Part shown: positions 1 through 9,202 of the stretch, piece after piece
Layout: each line of letters opens with the position of its first letter
Numbering within the stretch: the stretch's first letter is position 1
Assembly (NCBI GenBank): GCA_046262595.1
Contig: JBHEMM010000012.1
Coordinates: forward strand, 407-36,224
DNA length: 35,818 bases
Direction of reading: 5' to 3'
From: Vulcanimicrobiaceae bacterium
GTDB lineage: Bacteria > Vulcanimicrobiota > Vulcanimicrobiia > Vulcanimicrobiales > Vulcanimicrobiaceae
Made by a program: the position numbers and the translations under genes
The notes under the pieces: model-generated
The model's database searches: none
What the model saw: only the letters and a program-made list of their open reading frames with translations
Told to the model about the DNA's origin: nothing

Positions 1-1
1 C

Positions 2-721
2 CGTGAACCGGTGAACGTCGCGCGCTGCGCCGAACTGATCGCGCGAGCGAAGGCGCAGTACCCGCGGGCGGTGGTGCTGGTGGACAACTGTTACGGCGAA
101 CTTGTGGAAGACCGCGAGCCCACGCATGTGGGCGCCGATTTGGTGATGGGATCGCTGATCAAGAATCTGGGCGGCACGTTCGCGCCCGCGGGCGGCTATG
201 TCGCCGGCCGCGCCGGCGTGGTCGAGCGCGTTGCGGCGCATCTGTACGCGCCGGGCTTAGGAGCCGCGCTCGGCCCCACCCTGGGCTTCGGACGCGCGTT
301 CATGCAGGGGCTCTTCGCCGCGCCGCTGGTTGTCGAGCAGACGCTGCGCGGATTGGACTTTGCCGCGGCGTTGTTTGAAGAGCTCGGATACGCCGTGAAC
401 CCGGCCCCCGGCGCCTCGCGAACCGACATCGTGCAAGCGATCCGCCTGGGTACGCCGGAGAAGCTGCTGCGCTTTGCGCGCGGGCTGCAAACGGCGATGC
501 CGGTGAACGCGCGGTTCGCGCCGGAGCCGGGCAGCGTTCCCGGCTATACCGGCCCCGTGATCATGTCGAGCGGTTCGTTCATCGGCGGCGCGACCATCGA
601 ACTCTCGTGCGACGCGCCCCTGCGTGAGCCGTACGAAGTCTATCTCCAAGGCGGCATGCACGCCGCGCATACCGCGCTTGGCGCGATGTTCGCCGCGCAG
701 GCCGTTTCAAAGGTTCCTTAG
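2..721 (+). CDS. Methionine gamma-lyase family / aluminium-resistance (YnbB-like) PLP-dependent enzyme, 5'-truncated by window edge
   Basis: Motifs VDNCYGE, GSLIKNLGG (PLP lysine), RTDIVQAI, TIELSCD and YLQGG are typical of the family; the frame is open to the window start. Confidence 0.85.
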   Translation, partial: REPVNVARCAELIARAKAQYPRAVVLVDNCYGELVEDREPTHVGADLVMGSLIKNLGGTFAPAGGYVAGRAGVVERVAAHLYAPGLGAALGPTLGFGRAFMQGLFAAPLVVEQTLRGLDFAAALFEELGYAVNPAPGASRTDIVQAIRLGTPEKLLRFARGLQTAMPVNARFAPEPGSVPGYTGPVIMSSGSFIGGATIELSCDAPLREPYEVYLQGGMHAAHTALGAMFAAQAVSKVP

Positions 722-735
722 AGGCCTTCCCGAAC
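711..735 (+). promoter_or_regulatory. Putative alternative-sigma promoter (AGG-N17-CGAAC) upstream of the PilZ gene
   Basis: AGG 711-713 and CGAAC 731-735, 9 nt before GTG 745; similar arrangements occur upstream of greA and thyA. Confidence 0.3.
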
Positions 736-744
736 CGTTTTGCC

Positions 745-1107
745 GTGACTACCGACTCATCGGGCCCGCAACAGCGACGATTTTTCCGCACCGCGGTTGA
801 TTTTCCGGTGACGGTTATCGTCCCGGGCGCCGAGCTCGTGATGTACGGAAGCGCCGTGGATTTGAGCGCCGGCGGCGTGCGCGTCATCACGAAGAACGAT
901 CTGTCCGCCGGCCAAAACGTCACCCTGCGTTTCACGCTACCGGAATCGGGCAGCGAAACGATGGTGCGCGGACGCGTCGTGCTGTCGTTCTTCGATGCGG
1001 GCAAACAGCAGTTCGCCCACGGGATCGCCTTCACGCAAATAGCGGCGGCCGATCAAAGCACGCTGGTGGAATTCATCACCCGGATGCAGCAGCGCGCGCG
1101 CGCTTAG
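745..1107 (+). CDS. PilZ domain c-di-GMP-binding protein
   Basis: RRFFR (RxxxR) and DLSAGG (DxSxxG) motifs in a 120-aa single-domain protein. Confidence 0.9.
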   Translation: MTTDSSGPQQRRFFRTAVDFPVTVIVPGAELVMYGSAVDLSAGGVRVITKNDLSAGQNVTLRFTLPESGSETMVRGRVVLSFFDAGKQQFAHGIAFTQIAAADQSTLVEFITRMQQRARA

Positions 1108-1319
1108 TCCTCGCGCGTATTTCCTAAAAAGCCGTAAAAATAGTACTTATTGCCGTCGCCGGTCGTAATGACGATGCGCGTGTCTTCGATCTCCGCGGCT
1201 TGAATCGTCTTGCCGACGAGCGTTTCAAGAATGGCTTGCGCCTGCATGAATTCGGCTTCACGCAGTGCGTCGGGTTCCACCTCGATGAGGTGCAGTAGTT
1301 CGTCGATCCGGTCGTTCAT
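1104..1319 (-). CDS. Small acidic hypothetical protein
   Basis: 71-aa ORF with protein-like composition; SD-like GAGGCGGGG upstream of the ATG. Confidence 0.65.
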   Translation of the reverse strand: MNDRIDELLHLIEVEPDALREAEFMQAQAILETLVGKTIQAAEIEDTRIVITTGDGNKYYFYGFLGNTRED

Positions 1320-1464
1320 CGCCCCGCCTCAGCGCTCGGCTCCGATGTGCTAAGCGTCACTTCAGAGTTATCGTCATGTGTATCGGAATTGTTAATTCGC
1401 GGCGTACCGTATACCCTGCACGAAGGGGGAGCGCGGTTTCGCAGGGGGAAAAGGCCTTCTCGCC

Positions 1465-1767
1465 ATGCCCTCCGCCTACGTTTTAGAAGTCCTCAGCGGC
1501 CCGCTCGACGGCAAGACCTGGCCGTTCGAGGACGAGATCGTGATCGGGCGCGACGAGACCCTTGCGGACGCATGCATCCCGCTTGACCGCTACGTATCCC
1601 GGCGGCACGCTCGCTTGAGTAGCAAGTCGGGGTCGCTCGTGCTGGCGGACTTGGAAAGCCGCAACGGCACGCGCATCGAGGACCGCGCGGTGACCGATGA
1701 AACGGCGCTGGACGTCGGGATGCCGTTCCAAGTGGGGCGTACGGTTTTACGAGTGACGCGGCGCTAA
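1465..1767 (+). CDS. FHA domain protein
   Basis: IGR, VSRRHA and DLESRNGT FHA motifs. Confidence 0.92.
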   Translation: MPSAYVLEVLSGPLDGKTWPFEDEIVIGRDETLADACIPLDRYVSRRHARLSSKSGSLVLADLESRNGTRIEDRAVTDETALDVGMPFQVGRTVLRVTRR

Positions 1768-2558
1768 CGGCGGGCGCGCTCGCGCGGCCGCTCGGGTTCA
1801 TTCCGACGATGGGCGCTTTGCACGACGGTCATCTAGCATTGGTGCGCGCCGCGCGCGCGCAATGCGCGAGCGTTGCGGCGAGCATCTTCGTCAATCCGCT
1901 GCAGTTCGCCGCCGGTGAGGATTTCGATCGCTATCCGCGCGACACCGTCGGCGACGATCGCAAACTGCGCGACGCGGGCGTCGACTACACGTTCACGCCG
2001 GACATGAGCGTCATGTATCCGCCGGGTTTTTCGACGACGGTGGATGTGGGTGCGATCGGCGCGGCCTACGAAGGCGCCGTGCGGCCCGGACATTTCCGCG
2101 GCGTTGCGACGGTGGTTGCAAAACTGCTGCATCTCATTGCGCCCGACGCGTTGTACCTCGGCCAGAAGGACGCGCAGCAAACGGCGGTGCTGCGCAAGAT
2201 GGTGCGCGAGCTCAACTTCAAGGTGCGCGTGGAGATCGTTCCAACGGTTCGCGAAACCGACGGCCTGGCGCTTTCCAGCCGGAATGCGTATCTGACGCCC
2301 GATCAGCGCCGCGCGGCGCCCACACTCTATCGCGCGCTGCAGACGATGCTCGATGCATTGCGCGAAGGCGCGCCTGTCGCAGACGCGCGCGAACGCGCCG
2401 CAGCGCAACTCGACACGCAAGCGGCTTGGGATTATCTGGACGTCGTGGACGCGGACTCGTTTGAGCCGCTGCAAGCATTGGGCACTCCGGCATTCGTCAT
2501 CGGCGCGGCGCGCTTCGGCGTAACGCGGCTGCTCGATAATATTGCGGTGGGAAGATGA
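1764..2558 (+). CDS. panC: Pantoate--beta-alanine ligase (start uncertain; first ATG at 1809 lies inside the conserved GFIPTMGALH motif)
   Basis: PTMGALHDGH, FVNPLQF, RPGHFRGV, GQKDAQQ, GLALSSRN, RLLDN. Confidence 0.93.
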   Translation, partial: LTAGALARPLGFIPTMGALHDGHLALVRAARAQCASVAASIFVNPLQFAAGEDFDRYPRDTVGDDRKLRDAGVDYTFTPDMSVMYPPGFSTTVDVGAIGAAYEGAVRPGHFRGVATVVAKLLHLIAPDALYLGQKDAQQTAVLRKMVRELNFKVRVEIVPTVRETDGLALSSRNAYLTPDQRRAAPTLYRALQTMLDALREGAPVADARERAAAQLDTQAAWDYLDVVDADSFEPLQALGTPAFVIGAARFGVTRLLDNIAVGR

Positions 2559-3778
2559 GCGAACCGTTTGCGGGCGCGCGTATTCTGCTGTGCGTGACCG
2601 GCGGTATCGCGGCGTATAAAGCAGCTGCGCTCACCAGTACGCTCGTGCAGCGCGGCGCGATCGTGGACGTAATGATGACCGCCGAAGCGGCGCAGTTCAT
2701 CGGTCCGCTTACGTTTTCGTCGTTGACGGCGCGCCCGGTATACACTTCGCTCTGGGATGCGCCCGAACGCATTCCCCACATTCGCTTGATACGCGAAGCG
2801 CGCGTGGCGCTCGTCGTGCCGGCAACCGCGAACACGCTGGCCAAACTCGCGCAGGGCATCGCGGACGATTTGGTAAGCACGGCGCTGCTCGCCGCGCGCA
2901 TTCCGGTCATCGCCGCGCCTGCGATGAACGACGCGATGTACGCCAACGCCGCGACGCAGACAAACCTGCAAACGTTGAGCGAACGCGGCTACGCCATCGT
3001 CGAGCCGGAAGAAGGATACTTAGCCGAAGGCGAACGCGGCGCGGGCCGCTTGGCGAGCGAAGAGCGTTTGCTCGGCGCGCTCGAAACGGCACTCGGGCGC
3101 ACGCAGTCGTTGCGCGGGCAGCGCGTTCTGATCACTGCGGGGCCGACGCGCGAGCCGTTCGATCCGGTGCGCTTCGTCAGCAACCCCTCCACCGGCGCGA
3201 TGGGTATCGCGCTGGCGCGTGAGGCTGCGCTTCGCGGTGCGGCCGTGACGCTGGTGCTTGGGCCGTCGAGCTTAAAGCCGCCGGCCAACGTTGAAGCGGT
3301 GCGCGTGCAGACGGCGCAAGAGATGTTCGAGGCGGCGATGGAACGCGCGGACGGTGCCGATATCGTCATCGCCGCCGCTGCCGTATCCGATTGGCGTCCC
3401 GAGAAGCGTGACGCGCAGAAGGTGAAGAAGACCGGCGAAGACATGAACGTGCGGATGGTGCGCAATCCCGACATTTTGCGCGCGATCGGCGAGCGCGCCA
3501 AACGCGGTTTTTTGCTCGGCTTCGCCGCCGAAACGGAACACCATGAAGCGAACGCCCGTGAGAAGCTGCAGCGAAAACGGCTGGACGCGATTGCGGTGAA
3601 CGACGTCGGAGCGGGGCGCGGCTTCGGCGCCGCGCGCAACGCGGTCACCGTGCTGTGGGGTGCGGACGGCCGCGCCGATCTCGGCGAAGCCGACAAAGAC
3701 GTCCTTGCCGCGCGTCTGCTCGATACGGTGATGCACCTTCGGATCGATGGTGGGAAAACGCATGCTTCTGGCGATTGA
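2555..3778 (+). CDS. coaBC: Bifunctional phosphopantothenoylcysteine decarboxylase / synthetase
   Basis: TGGIAAYK, PATANTLAK, PAMN, TAGPTRE, DPVRFVSN, GFAAET; ATGA overlap with panC. Confidence 0.96.
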   Translation: MSEPFAGARILLCVTGGIAAYKAAALTSTLVQRGAIVDVMMTAEAAQFIGPLTFSSLTARPVYTSLWDAPERIPHIRLIREARVALVVPATANTLAKLAQGIADDLVSTALLAARIPVIAAPAMNDAMYANAATQTNLQTLSERGYAIVEPEEGYLAEGERGAGRLASEERLLGALETALGRTQSLRGQRVLITAGPTREPFDPVRFVSNPSTGAMGIALAREAALRGAAVTLVLGPSSLKPPANVEAVRVQTAQEMFEAAMERADGADIVIAAAAVSDWRPEKRDAQKVKKTGEDMNVRMVRNPDILRAIGERAKRGFLLGFAAETEHHEANAREKLQRKRLDAIAVNDVGAGRGFGAARNAVTVLWGADGRADLGEADKDVLAARLLDTVMHLRIDGGKTHASGD

Positions 3779-4529
3779 CGCCGGCAACACCGAGACGAAA
3801 CTCGGCTGCTTCTCGCCGCAAGGCGACCTGCTGCAATCTTGGCGTGTCACGACGGAATCGCGCCGCACGGGCGACGAATACGGCGTGTTGTTTGCGCAGC
3901 TGTTTGCAACGGCGAAGCTGGCGCTTGCGGATGTGGAGCGCGTGGTCATCGCGAGCGTCGTGCCGAAGCTCGATAGCGCGCTCTTGAGCGCATGCGAGCG
4001 GTATTTTGAGTGCACGCCCGTGTTTTTCAAGGCGCACCGGCAATCGCTCATGCGCGTGGTGACCGACCGCCCCGGCGAAGTCGGCTCCGATCTCGTTGCC
4101 GCCGCCATCGGTGCGCGTGAACGGTACGGCGCGCCGCTGATCGTCGTCAGTTACGGAACGGCGACCGTCTTCACCGCCATCTCGCGCGAGGGCGATTACT
4201 TGGGCGCAGCGATCGCGCCCGGTATCAATATTTCGATAGACGCGCTCGTCGGACGCACCGCCAAACTTCCGCAGATTTCGCTTGAAGCACCGGCGCGTGC
4301 GATTGGCACCGATACGATCTCCGCGTTACAGTCCGGTATTATTTTCGGTTTCGTCGGACAGACCGAAGCGCTGGTTGCACGCATTCGCTCGGAACTGGGA
4401 GAGGATGCGCGCGTTATCGCAACCGGCGGATTGGCCGGAGCGATCGCGCAGCACACGCGCGTGATCCACGAAGTCAACGCGCATTTAAGCTTGTTCGGCC
4501 TGCAGCAGTTTGCACGGGCGAAAAGTTGA
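3762..4529 (+). CDS. coaX: Type III pantothenate kinase
   Basis: LLAIDAGNT, SVVP, VGSD (canonical GADR variant), GTAT, TAKLP, VIATGG; CoA operon context. Confidence 0.93.
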   Translation: MLLAIDAGNTETKLGCFSPQGDLLQSWRVTTESRRTGDEYGVLFAQLFATAKLALADVERVVIASVVPKLDSALLSACERYFECTPVFFKAHRQSLMRVVTDRPGEVGSDLVAAAIGARERYGAPLIVVSYGTATVFTAISREGDYLGAAIAPGINISIDALVGRTAKLPQISLEAPARAIGTDTISALQSGIIFGFVGQTEALVARIRSELGEDARVIATGGLAGAIAQHTRVIHEVNAHLSLFGLQQFARAKS

Positions 4530-4575
4530 CGTCGAATGCGGCCAAGTGTCCGGCACGTACTTTACGAAGCGCGCC

Positions 4576-5295
4576 TCACGGTAGCGTGAGGCCGATCCCG
4601 GCGTAGGGACCGCTGCGAACCTCATTAGCGGGCGCAGTCCCGGCACTGCGCGTGTGGTCGCCGAGATAGCCGAGCTGCAGGAACAGTGGTGCGTGCTGCG
4701 ATGTTTTTAGCGTCACGCCCATATCGTAGCGGAGTTCGTGATACACGCCCTGGATGTTGGGATAGTAATATGCTCCGCCGTACAGGGAAAACGTTTGATC
4801 GGTGTCCGCGAGCTTTTCGGCGCCGAATCCTATCGCGTTCAGCCGCGGCGCGCCGTAATCGTTATTCCGGCGCAAATAGCTCACCGCAAGATAAAGACGC
4901 GGTTCGAGCACGCGCAATCCGGCGCGCACATCCACTTCCTCATCCGCTGGGATGGCGGTTCCGGTGGCATCGGAGTAATGAAACAGCCGGTAATCCACGG
5001 CAACCAGGCCGGTGAGTGACTGCCCCAGCGGAAGCTCCGCAGCGCCGCGGAAGTAATGCGATCCGTATCGCGTGCCGGCGGAGCATGACACGGCCGTAAG
5101 CTGGTTGCAGACGATCGCCGGAATCAGGTATCCGCCGCTAACGAAGACCTCGCGTTTCGTGATCGGCGGCATCGCCGGCGGCATGCTTACCGCCGGGTTC
5201 GGCGTCGGCCCGGTTTTCGGAACTTGCGCGTGCGCAACCGACGGAAGAAGCGCAAGCGATCCAAAAGCGGCGATGGCTAAGACGATGCGGTTCAT
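4576..5295 (-). CDS. Exported hypothetical protein, possible outer-membrane beta-barrel
   Basis: ATG 5295 overlaps the DUF4331 stop (ATGA); signal peptide ending AHA-Q, Pro-rich linker, aromatic alternating beta-strand pattern, C-terminal GPYAGIGLTLP. Confidence 0.6.
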   Translation of the reverse strand: MNRIVLAIAAFGSLALLPSVAHAQVPKTGPTPNPAVSMPPAMPPITKREVFVSGGYLIPAIVCNQLTAVSCSAGTRYGSHYFRGAAELPLGQSLTGLVAVDYRLFHYSDATGTAIPADEEVDVRAGLRVLEPRLYLAVSYLRRNNDYGAPRLNAIGFGAEKLADTDQTFSLYGGAYYYPNIQGVYHELRYDMGVTLKTSQHAPLFLQLGYLGDHTRSAGTAPANEVRSGPYAGIGLTLP

Positions 5296-6662
5296 TGCGG
5301 CGCTCCTAAGTACGGGAAGTCTGCGGTGACGTGTTTGTGCGGTTTCACGTTGTCGCTCGTTAAGCACGGCGTCTCGCGATTGTCTTCGTGCGCTAGTCCG
5401 AGCTTAGGCATCAGACTGCCGTAGATCGCCCCCAGCGAAAGATCGATAACGGGACTGCTCGCATCGCGTCCGCCGAAGTGACGGTAGGAATCGCCCAGGG
5501 CTTTCTTGATGCCGTAGATGCCCGCCGGCGGTACTGCGCGCACCACGGCAACCGGGAATCCACTCTTTGCGTTCGTTTCGACGGCGAGATAGCGCGCCGG
5601 TCCGCTTGCGCTAAGGTCGGCGCGAATCGTATCCGGAATGAGCGTGTGCACTAAACCATCAGCGACGGACTCCGAACGGCCGGCGCCCGTGGGCTTGGGC
5701 CGCATGACGAACGCTTTGATCGAATCTGCTAAGACTTGGTCATCCAGAATATCGCTGCGATTCGTGACGTCGTGATTGCGGAAATCTTCCGTCGCCTCTT
5801 TAACGGCCGGGCGCGCAAGGCGTTCGACTTGCGAATAGACGGCATCGGTGCCGGCGGACGGGCCGGGCACGCGCGTATTGGCGTTCTTCGTGACGTCTTC
5901 GATGCGTTCCACAGCGGAATCGGGGCGCACATCGGGATCGCTTTCCGATAGCGAGGTGGTCGCCCACACGTTGATAATGCCGAGGTGGCCGTCGCTCTGC
6001 GCCAGCATGCGTCGCGGCATCTCAACCACGAGTGCGAGCACGTTGTAGCCTTGCAAAAAGTCGATACCGGGTTTGCGGAAACAGTCGGCAGTCGGCGCAG
6101 GCGGGTTCGGCTGGTTCTTATAGTTACGATCCGGAATGATCTTGAAGAACTGCGCGAGGTCGAAATAAAACGGATCTTCGCGCGGGCCTGCGAACGCCGT
6201 CACGCCGTTCCGGAGGCTTGTCACCTGGTTATACGGCATTGAACCGGCCGGCGCGACGAACGTCGAACGCGTGCCTTGCATATTTGGTGCAGCGGGACCG
6301 TACATCGTAATCTTTTGATCAGCATCGGACCCGTCGGCTTTGAACTGCACGACGTACGCGGCGTGATAGTCGTCACCTAACCCGATTTTGAACTGATACA
6401 TGACGCCCGGATCGAAGAGCTTGGTGGCGCCTTGTCCGCTGGGAATCAGCGGCCACACGTCCATCGCGAGCACCACGTTGTTTCTGTTGTGCGGGCTTGG
6501 AAAGACGAAGACGTCGGTAATGTCGGTGCCGGGGCGCGATACGGTTAGCGGCGAATCTTGGTGGTCTGAGGCCGGCGCGGTTCGCGGCAGATATAAGAAC
6601 ACTGCGGCCACGGCCAACACGAGGCCGACAATCGGCGCAACAACATATGAGATCCGTTTCAT
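5292..6662 (-). CDS. DUF4331-family exported protein, full-length (fused N and C halves)
   Basis: ASDHQDSP, DITDVFVF, FAGPREDPFYFDL, QVERLARPAV, terminal FPYLGAPQ; N-terminal hydrophobic signal. Confidence 0.85.
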   Translation of the reverse strand: MKRISYVVAPIVGLVLAVAAVFLYLPRTAPASDHQDSPLTVSRPGTDITDVFVFPSPHNRNNVVLAMDVWPLIPSGQGATKLFDPGVMYQFKIGLGDDYHAAYVVQFKADGSDADQKITMYGPAAPNMQGTRSTFVAPAGSMPYNQVTSLRNGVTAFAGPREDPFYFDLAQFFKIIPDRNYKNQPNPPAPTADCFRKPGIDFLQGYNVLALVVEMPRRMLAQSDGHLGIINVWATTSLSESDPDVRPDSAVERIEDVTKNANTRVPGPSAGTDAVYSQVERLARPAVKEATEDFRNHDVTNRSDILDDQVLADSIKAFVMRPKPTGAGRSESVADGLVHTLIPDTIRADLSASGPARYLAVETNAKSGFPVAVVRAVPPAGIYGIKKALGDSYRHFGGRDASSPVIDLSLGAIYGSLMPKLGLAHEDNRETPCLTSDNVKPHKHVTADFPYLGAPQ

Positions 6663-6669
6663 TCCCGCT

Positions 6670-6697
6670 TAACGCCGATGGAGCGGCAACGGATTGC
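6670..6697 (-). promoter_or_regulatory. Putative ECF-sigma promoter (GCAATCC-N16-CGTTA), leaderless, for the fused DUF4331 gene
   Basis: Minus strand reads GCAATCC gttgccgctccatcgg CGTTA agcggga ATG; resembles ATCC...CGTA-type ECF promoters. Confidence 0.45.
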
Positions 6698-6814
6698 GTT
6701 GCCTAACAAAATATATGGAAGCGCGTTATCGCGCACGAACCGTGCGATCCATCGACGCCCGTTAAAGCAACCGGGTGATTGGCGAAAAGCAAGCGCACAG
6801 AAGACACGTGCCCG

Positions 6815-6841
6815 TGATCCGCCGCGTATGTCCCGTCCGTC
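6815..6841 (+). promoter_or_regulatory. Putative ECF-sigma promoter (TGATCC-N17-CGTC) for the transporter/DUF4331/TPR operon
   Basis: TGATCC 6815-6820 and CGTC 6838-6841; mirrors the divergent element. Confidence 0.35.
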
Positions 6842-6935
6842 TGTATCATACGGATGCAAAAATATTTTCCAATAGCACAATCCAAACACCGCCGCGGCCC
6901 GTTGATGCGGTAATTCACCAACGAAAAGGGGCCGT

Positions 6936-8423
6936 ATGCGTCCACTGCGCGCAGTTTGGGTTTGTTTGCTGTTGCTTCTCGCCGGAACCGTTTCGGCTGC
7001 GGCGCATCCGCTGGGCAACTTCACGATCAACCATCTGGCAAAGATCACGGCTCGCGACGGCGGCCTGCGCGTTCGCTACGTGCTCGACATTGCGGAAATT
7101 CCGGCATTTCAAATCATGCAGTCGCGCGGTGGTGCGTGGAGCGCGCGAACGCTTCAATCCTGGGCGAACGATGAAATTGCGCCGGTTCGCGACAATCTCG
7201 CCGTGACGTCGGACGGCCGGCGCGTGGCGCTAATCGCCTCGCCGCCCCACGCATCGTTGCGTCCCGGCGCCGGAGGCTTGCCGATCCTGCGCTGGGTTGA
7301 CGATTTTTCCGCCCCGCTCTCTGCCGGCAAACACGCGCTTGCGGTGCAAGACCGCGTTTACGCCGACCGGCGCATCGGATGGAAAGATTTGATCGCCGGA
7401 TCCCAGACCGAGCCGACGGACGAGTTGCAGCGCTATCCCAGCGCGCTCATCGGTACGCCGCGGCGCGTGAATTCGCTTGCGTTCACGGTGGACGGCAACG
7501 CGATCTCGCACATCGTCGCGGTAAACGATGAAACGCCGCTGATCGCGTCGGCTGCGTCGTGGCTCCAGCCTGCGATGCTTTCGAACATGTTCGCGCGCCC
7601 TTCACAGACGCCGGCGTTTGTGCTGCTGACGATTTTGCTGGCGTTCGCGCTGGGCGCGCTCCACGCCGTCGAGCCCGGCCACGGAAAGGCACTGCTTGCG
7701 TTCACGCTGGTCGGTTCGCGCGCTACGGCCAAACAGGCGCTCATTCTCGCGCTATCGCTTACATTTGCTCATACGCTGGGCGTGTTTCTGCTGGGCTTGG
7801 CACTGTTCTCCGTGAGCGGCTTTGTTTCCGAATCGATCTATCCGTGGATCACGCTCATTTCGGGCGTCGTGATCGCCTTCATCGGCGCGCGTTCGCTCGT
7901 GCGGTTTTTCCGCAGACACGACCACGACCACGAGCACGGGACGCACTCGCACAACCACGCGATCGCCGGCACGCAGCCGCTGCACTTCGGCAACGCGGTG
8001 TGGGCGGCGATGAGCGGCGGCATTGCGCCGTGCCCGGCGGCGATCGTGGTTCTGCTGGCTGCGCTTCGGCTGCACCATTTAGGATACGGCATGCTGCTCA
8101 TCGTCGTGTTCAGCATGGGTCTTGCGACGGTTCTCAGCGCTCTTGGCTTGAGCGTCGTTCATGGTGCCGCATGGTTGTCGCGACGCTCTTCCTATACGCG
8201 CATTGCGCCGTTTAGTCCGCTCATCACCGCAAGCGTGATCTCCGTTCTGGGATCCGTCATGCTCGCACAAGGCCTTCATCAAGAAGGAGCCGGCGCGCCG
8301 GTTCCGTTGCTTGCCGCGCTTATTCTCGGCGCCATTGCGGCTGTTGCGTTCGCGCAGCACACCCGCCCGCACTCGCACACGCACTCGCACGTGCACACCC
8401 TCTCATTGGAGCAGTTGCCATGA
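6936..8423 (+). CDS. RcnA/NicO-like Ni/Co transporter with an N-terminal exported domain
   Basis: Signal peptide then HPLGNFTINH; membrane domain with HAVEPGHGK, His-rich loop HDHDHEHGTHSHNH, PCPAA, and His-rich C-tail. Confidence 0.85.
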   Translation: MRPLRAVWVCLLLLLAGTVSAAAHPLGNFTINHLAKITARDGGLRVRYVLDIAEIPAFQIMQSRGGAWSARTLQSWANDEIAPVRDNLAVTSDGRRVALIASPPHASLRPGAGGLPILRWVDDFSAPLSAGKHALAVQDRVYADRRIGWKDLIAGSQTEPTDELQRYPSALIGTPRRVNSLAFTVDGNAISHIVAVNDETPLIASAASWLQPAMLSNMFARPSQTPAFVLLTILLAFALGALHAVEPGHGKALLAFTLVGSRATAKQALILALSLTFAHTLGVFLLGLALFSVSGFVSESIYPWITLISGVVIAFIGARSLVRFFRRHDHDHEHGTHSHNHAIAGTQPLHFGNAVWAAMSGGIAPCPAAIVVLLAALRLHHLGYGMLLIVVFSMGLATVLSALGLSVVHGAAWLSRRSSYTRIAPFSPLITASVISVLGSVMLAQGLHQEGAGAPVPLLAALILGAIAAVAFAQHTRPHSHTHSHVHTLSLEQLP

Positions 8424-9193
8424 AAAAACGCCTTACCGGTGTGGTTGCTGCGATTGCCCTTGCGGCAAGCGCACTGACGCTGTACACCGTTCATCCGACG
8501 CTCGCGTCGGATCACCAGGACTCACCCGTGACGCTCGCGCGTCCCGGCGCAGATATCACCGACCCGTACATCTTCCCGAGCCCGACCAATCCGAACAACG
8601 TGGTGATCGTCATGAACGTTCATCCGCTGATTCCGAGCGGACAGGGGCCGAGCACATTCTTCGACCCGGGCGTCGTCTATCAGATGAACTTCGACACGAC
8701 CTCGGAGAATGGTTCCACATTTCCCGCGCAGACGATTACGCGCAATCGCGTGATCCAGTTCAAATTCGGACAAGCCGGAACGAATCAAAGCGTGACCGTT
8801 TACGGTCCGGCCGCCGCGCCGACCACCGGCACGACGACGACGCTGACCGGTGCGGCGAGCGGAACCGGCACGATCAACACGCCGTTTACCGCCGGCTCGA
8901 TGCAAGTGTTTGCAGGCGCACGCGAAGATCCGTTCTTCTTCGACCTGGCGCAGTTCTTCAAAATACTTCCCGATCGCAATGCAGGCAGCACCGCGCCGAG
9001 CTGCTTGCCCACGCCCCTTGGCGGCAACAACACCTGCCCGCAGGGCTTTAATCCACCCGGTACCGCGACGGACACCTTAAAAGGATTCAACGTCCTTGCC
9101 ATGGTCGTCGAATTGCCGCGAACCGCGCTGCAAGGCGGCGGCGGATCAAAAATCGCGTTTTGGGTTTCCACCCACACGGTCTCGGGCCGTTAG
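8420..9193 (+). CDS. DUF4331-family exported protein, N-terminal half only
   Basis: Signal peptide, ASDHQDSP, DITDPYIF, FAGAREDPFFFDLAQFFKILPDRN; collinear with the first half of 5292-6662. Confidence 0.85.
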   Translation: MKKRLTGVVAAIALAASALTLYTVHPTLASDHQDSPVTLARPGADITDPYIFPSPTNPNNVVIVMNVHPLIPSGQGPSTFFDPGVVYQMNFDTTSENGSTFPAQTITRNRVIQFKFGQAGTNQSVTVYGPAAAPTTGTTTTLTGAASGTGTINTPFTAGSMQVFAGAREDPFFFDLAQFFKILPDRNAGSTAPSCLPTPLGGNNTCPQGFNPPGTATDTLKGFNVLAMVVELPRTALQGGGGSKIAFWVSTHTVSGR

Positions 9194-9202
9194 GAGTATC
9201 AC

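Noticed and set aside
1743..1749. GGTTTTA as a -1 slippery site fusing FHA to PanC
   Set aside because: Not a canonical X_XXY_YYZ heptamer and no clear stimulatory structure
6663..6935. NiCo or cobalamin riboswitch in the intergenic region
   Set aside because: No conserved riboswitch core recognised by eye; an Infernal/Rfam scan would be decisive
8369..8397. Short tandem repeat (gcactcgcacac)
   Set aside because: It simply encodes the His-rich tail HSHTHSHVH
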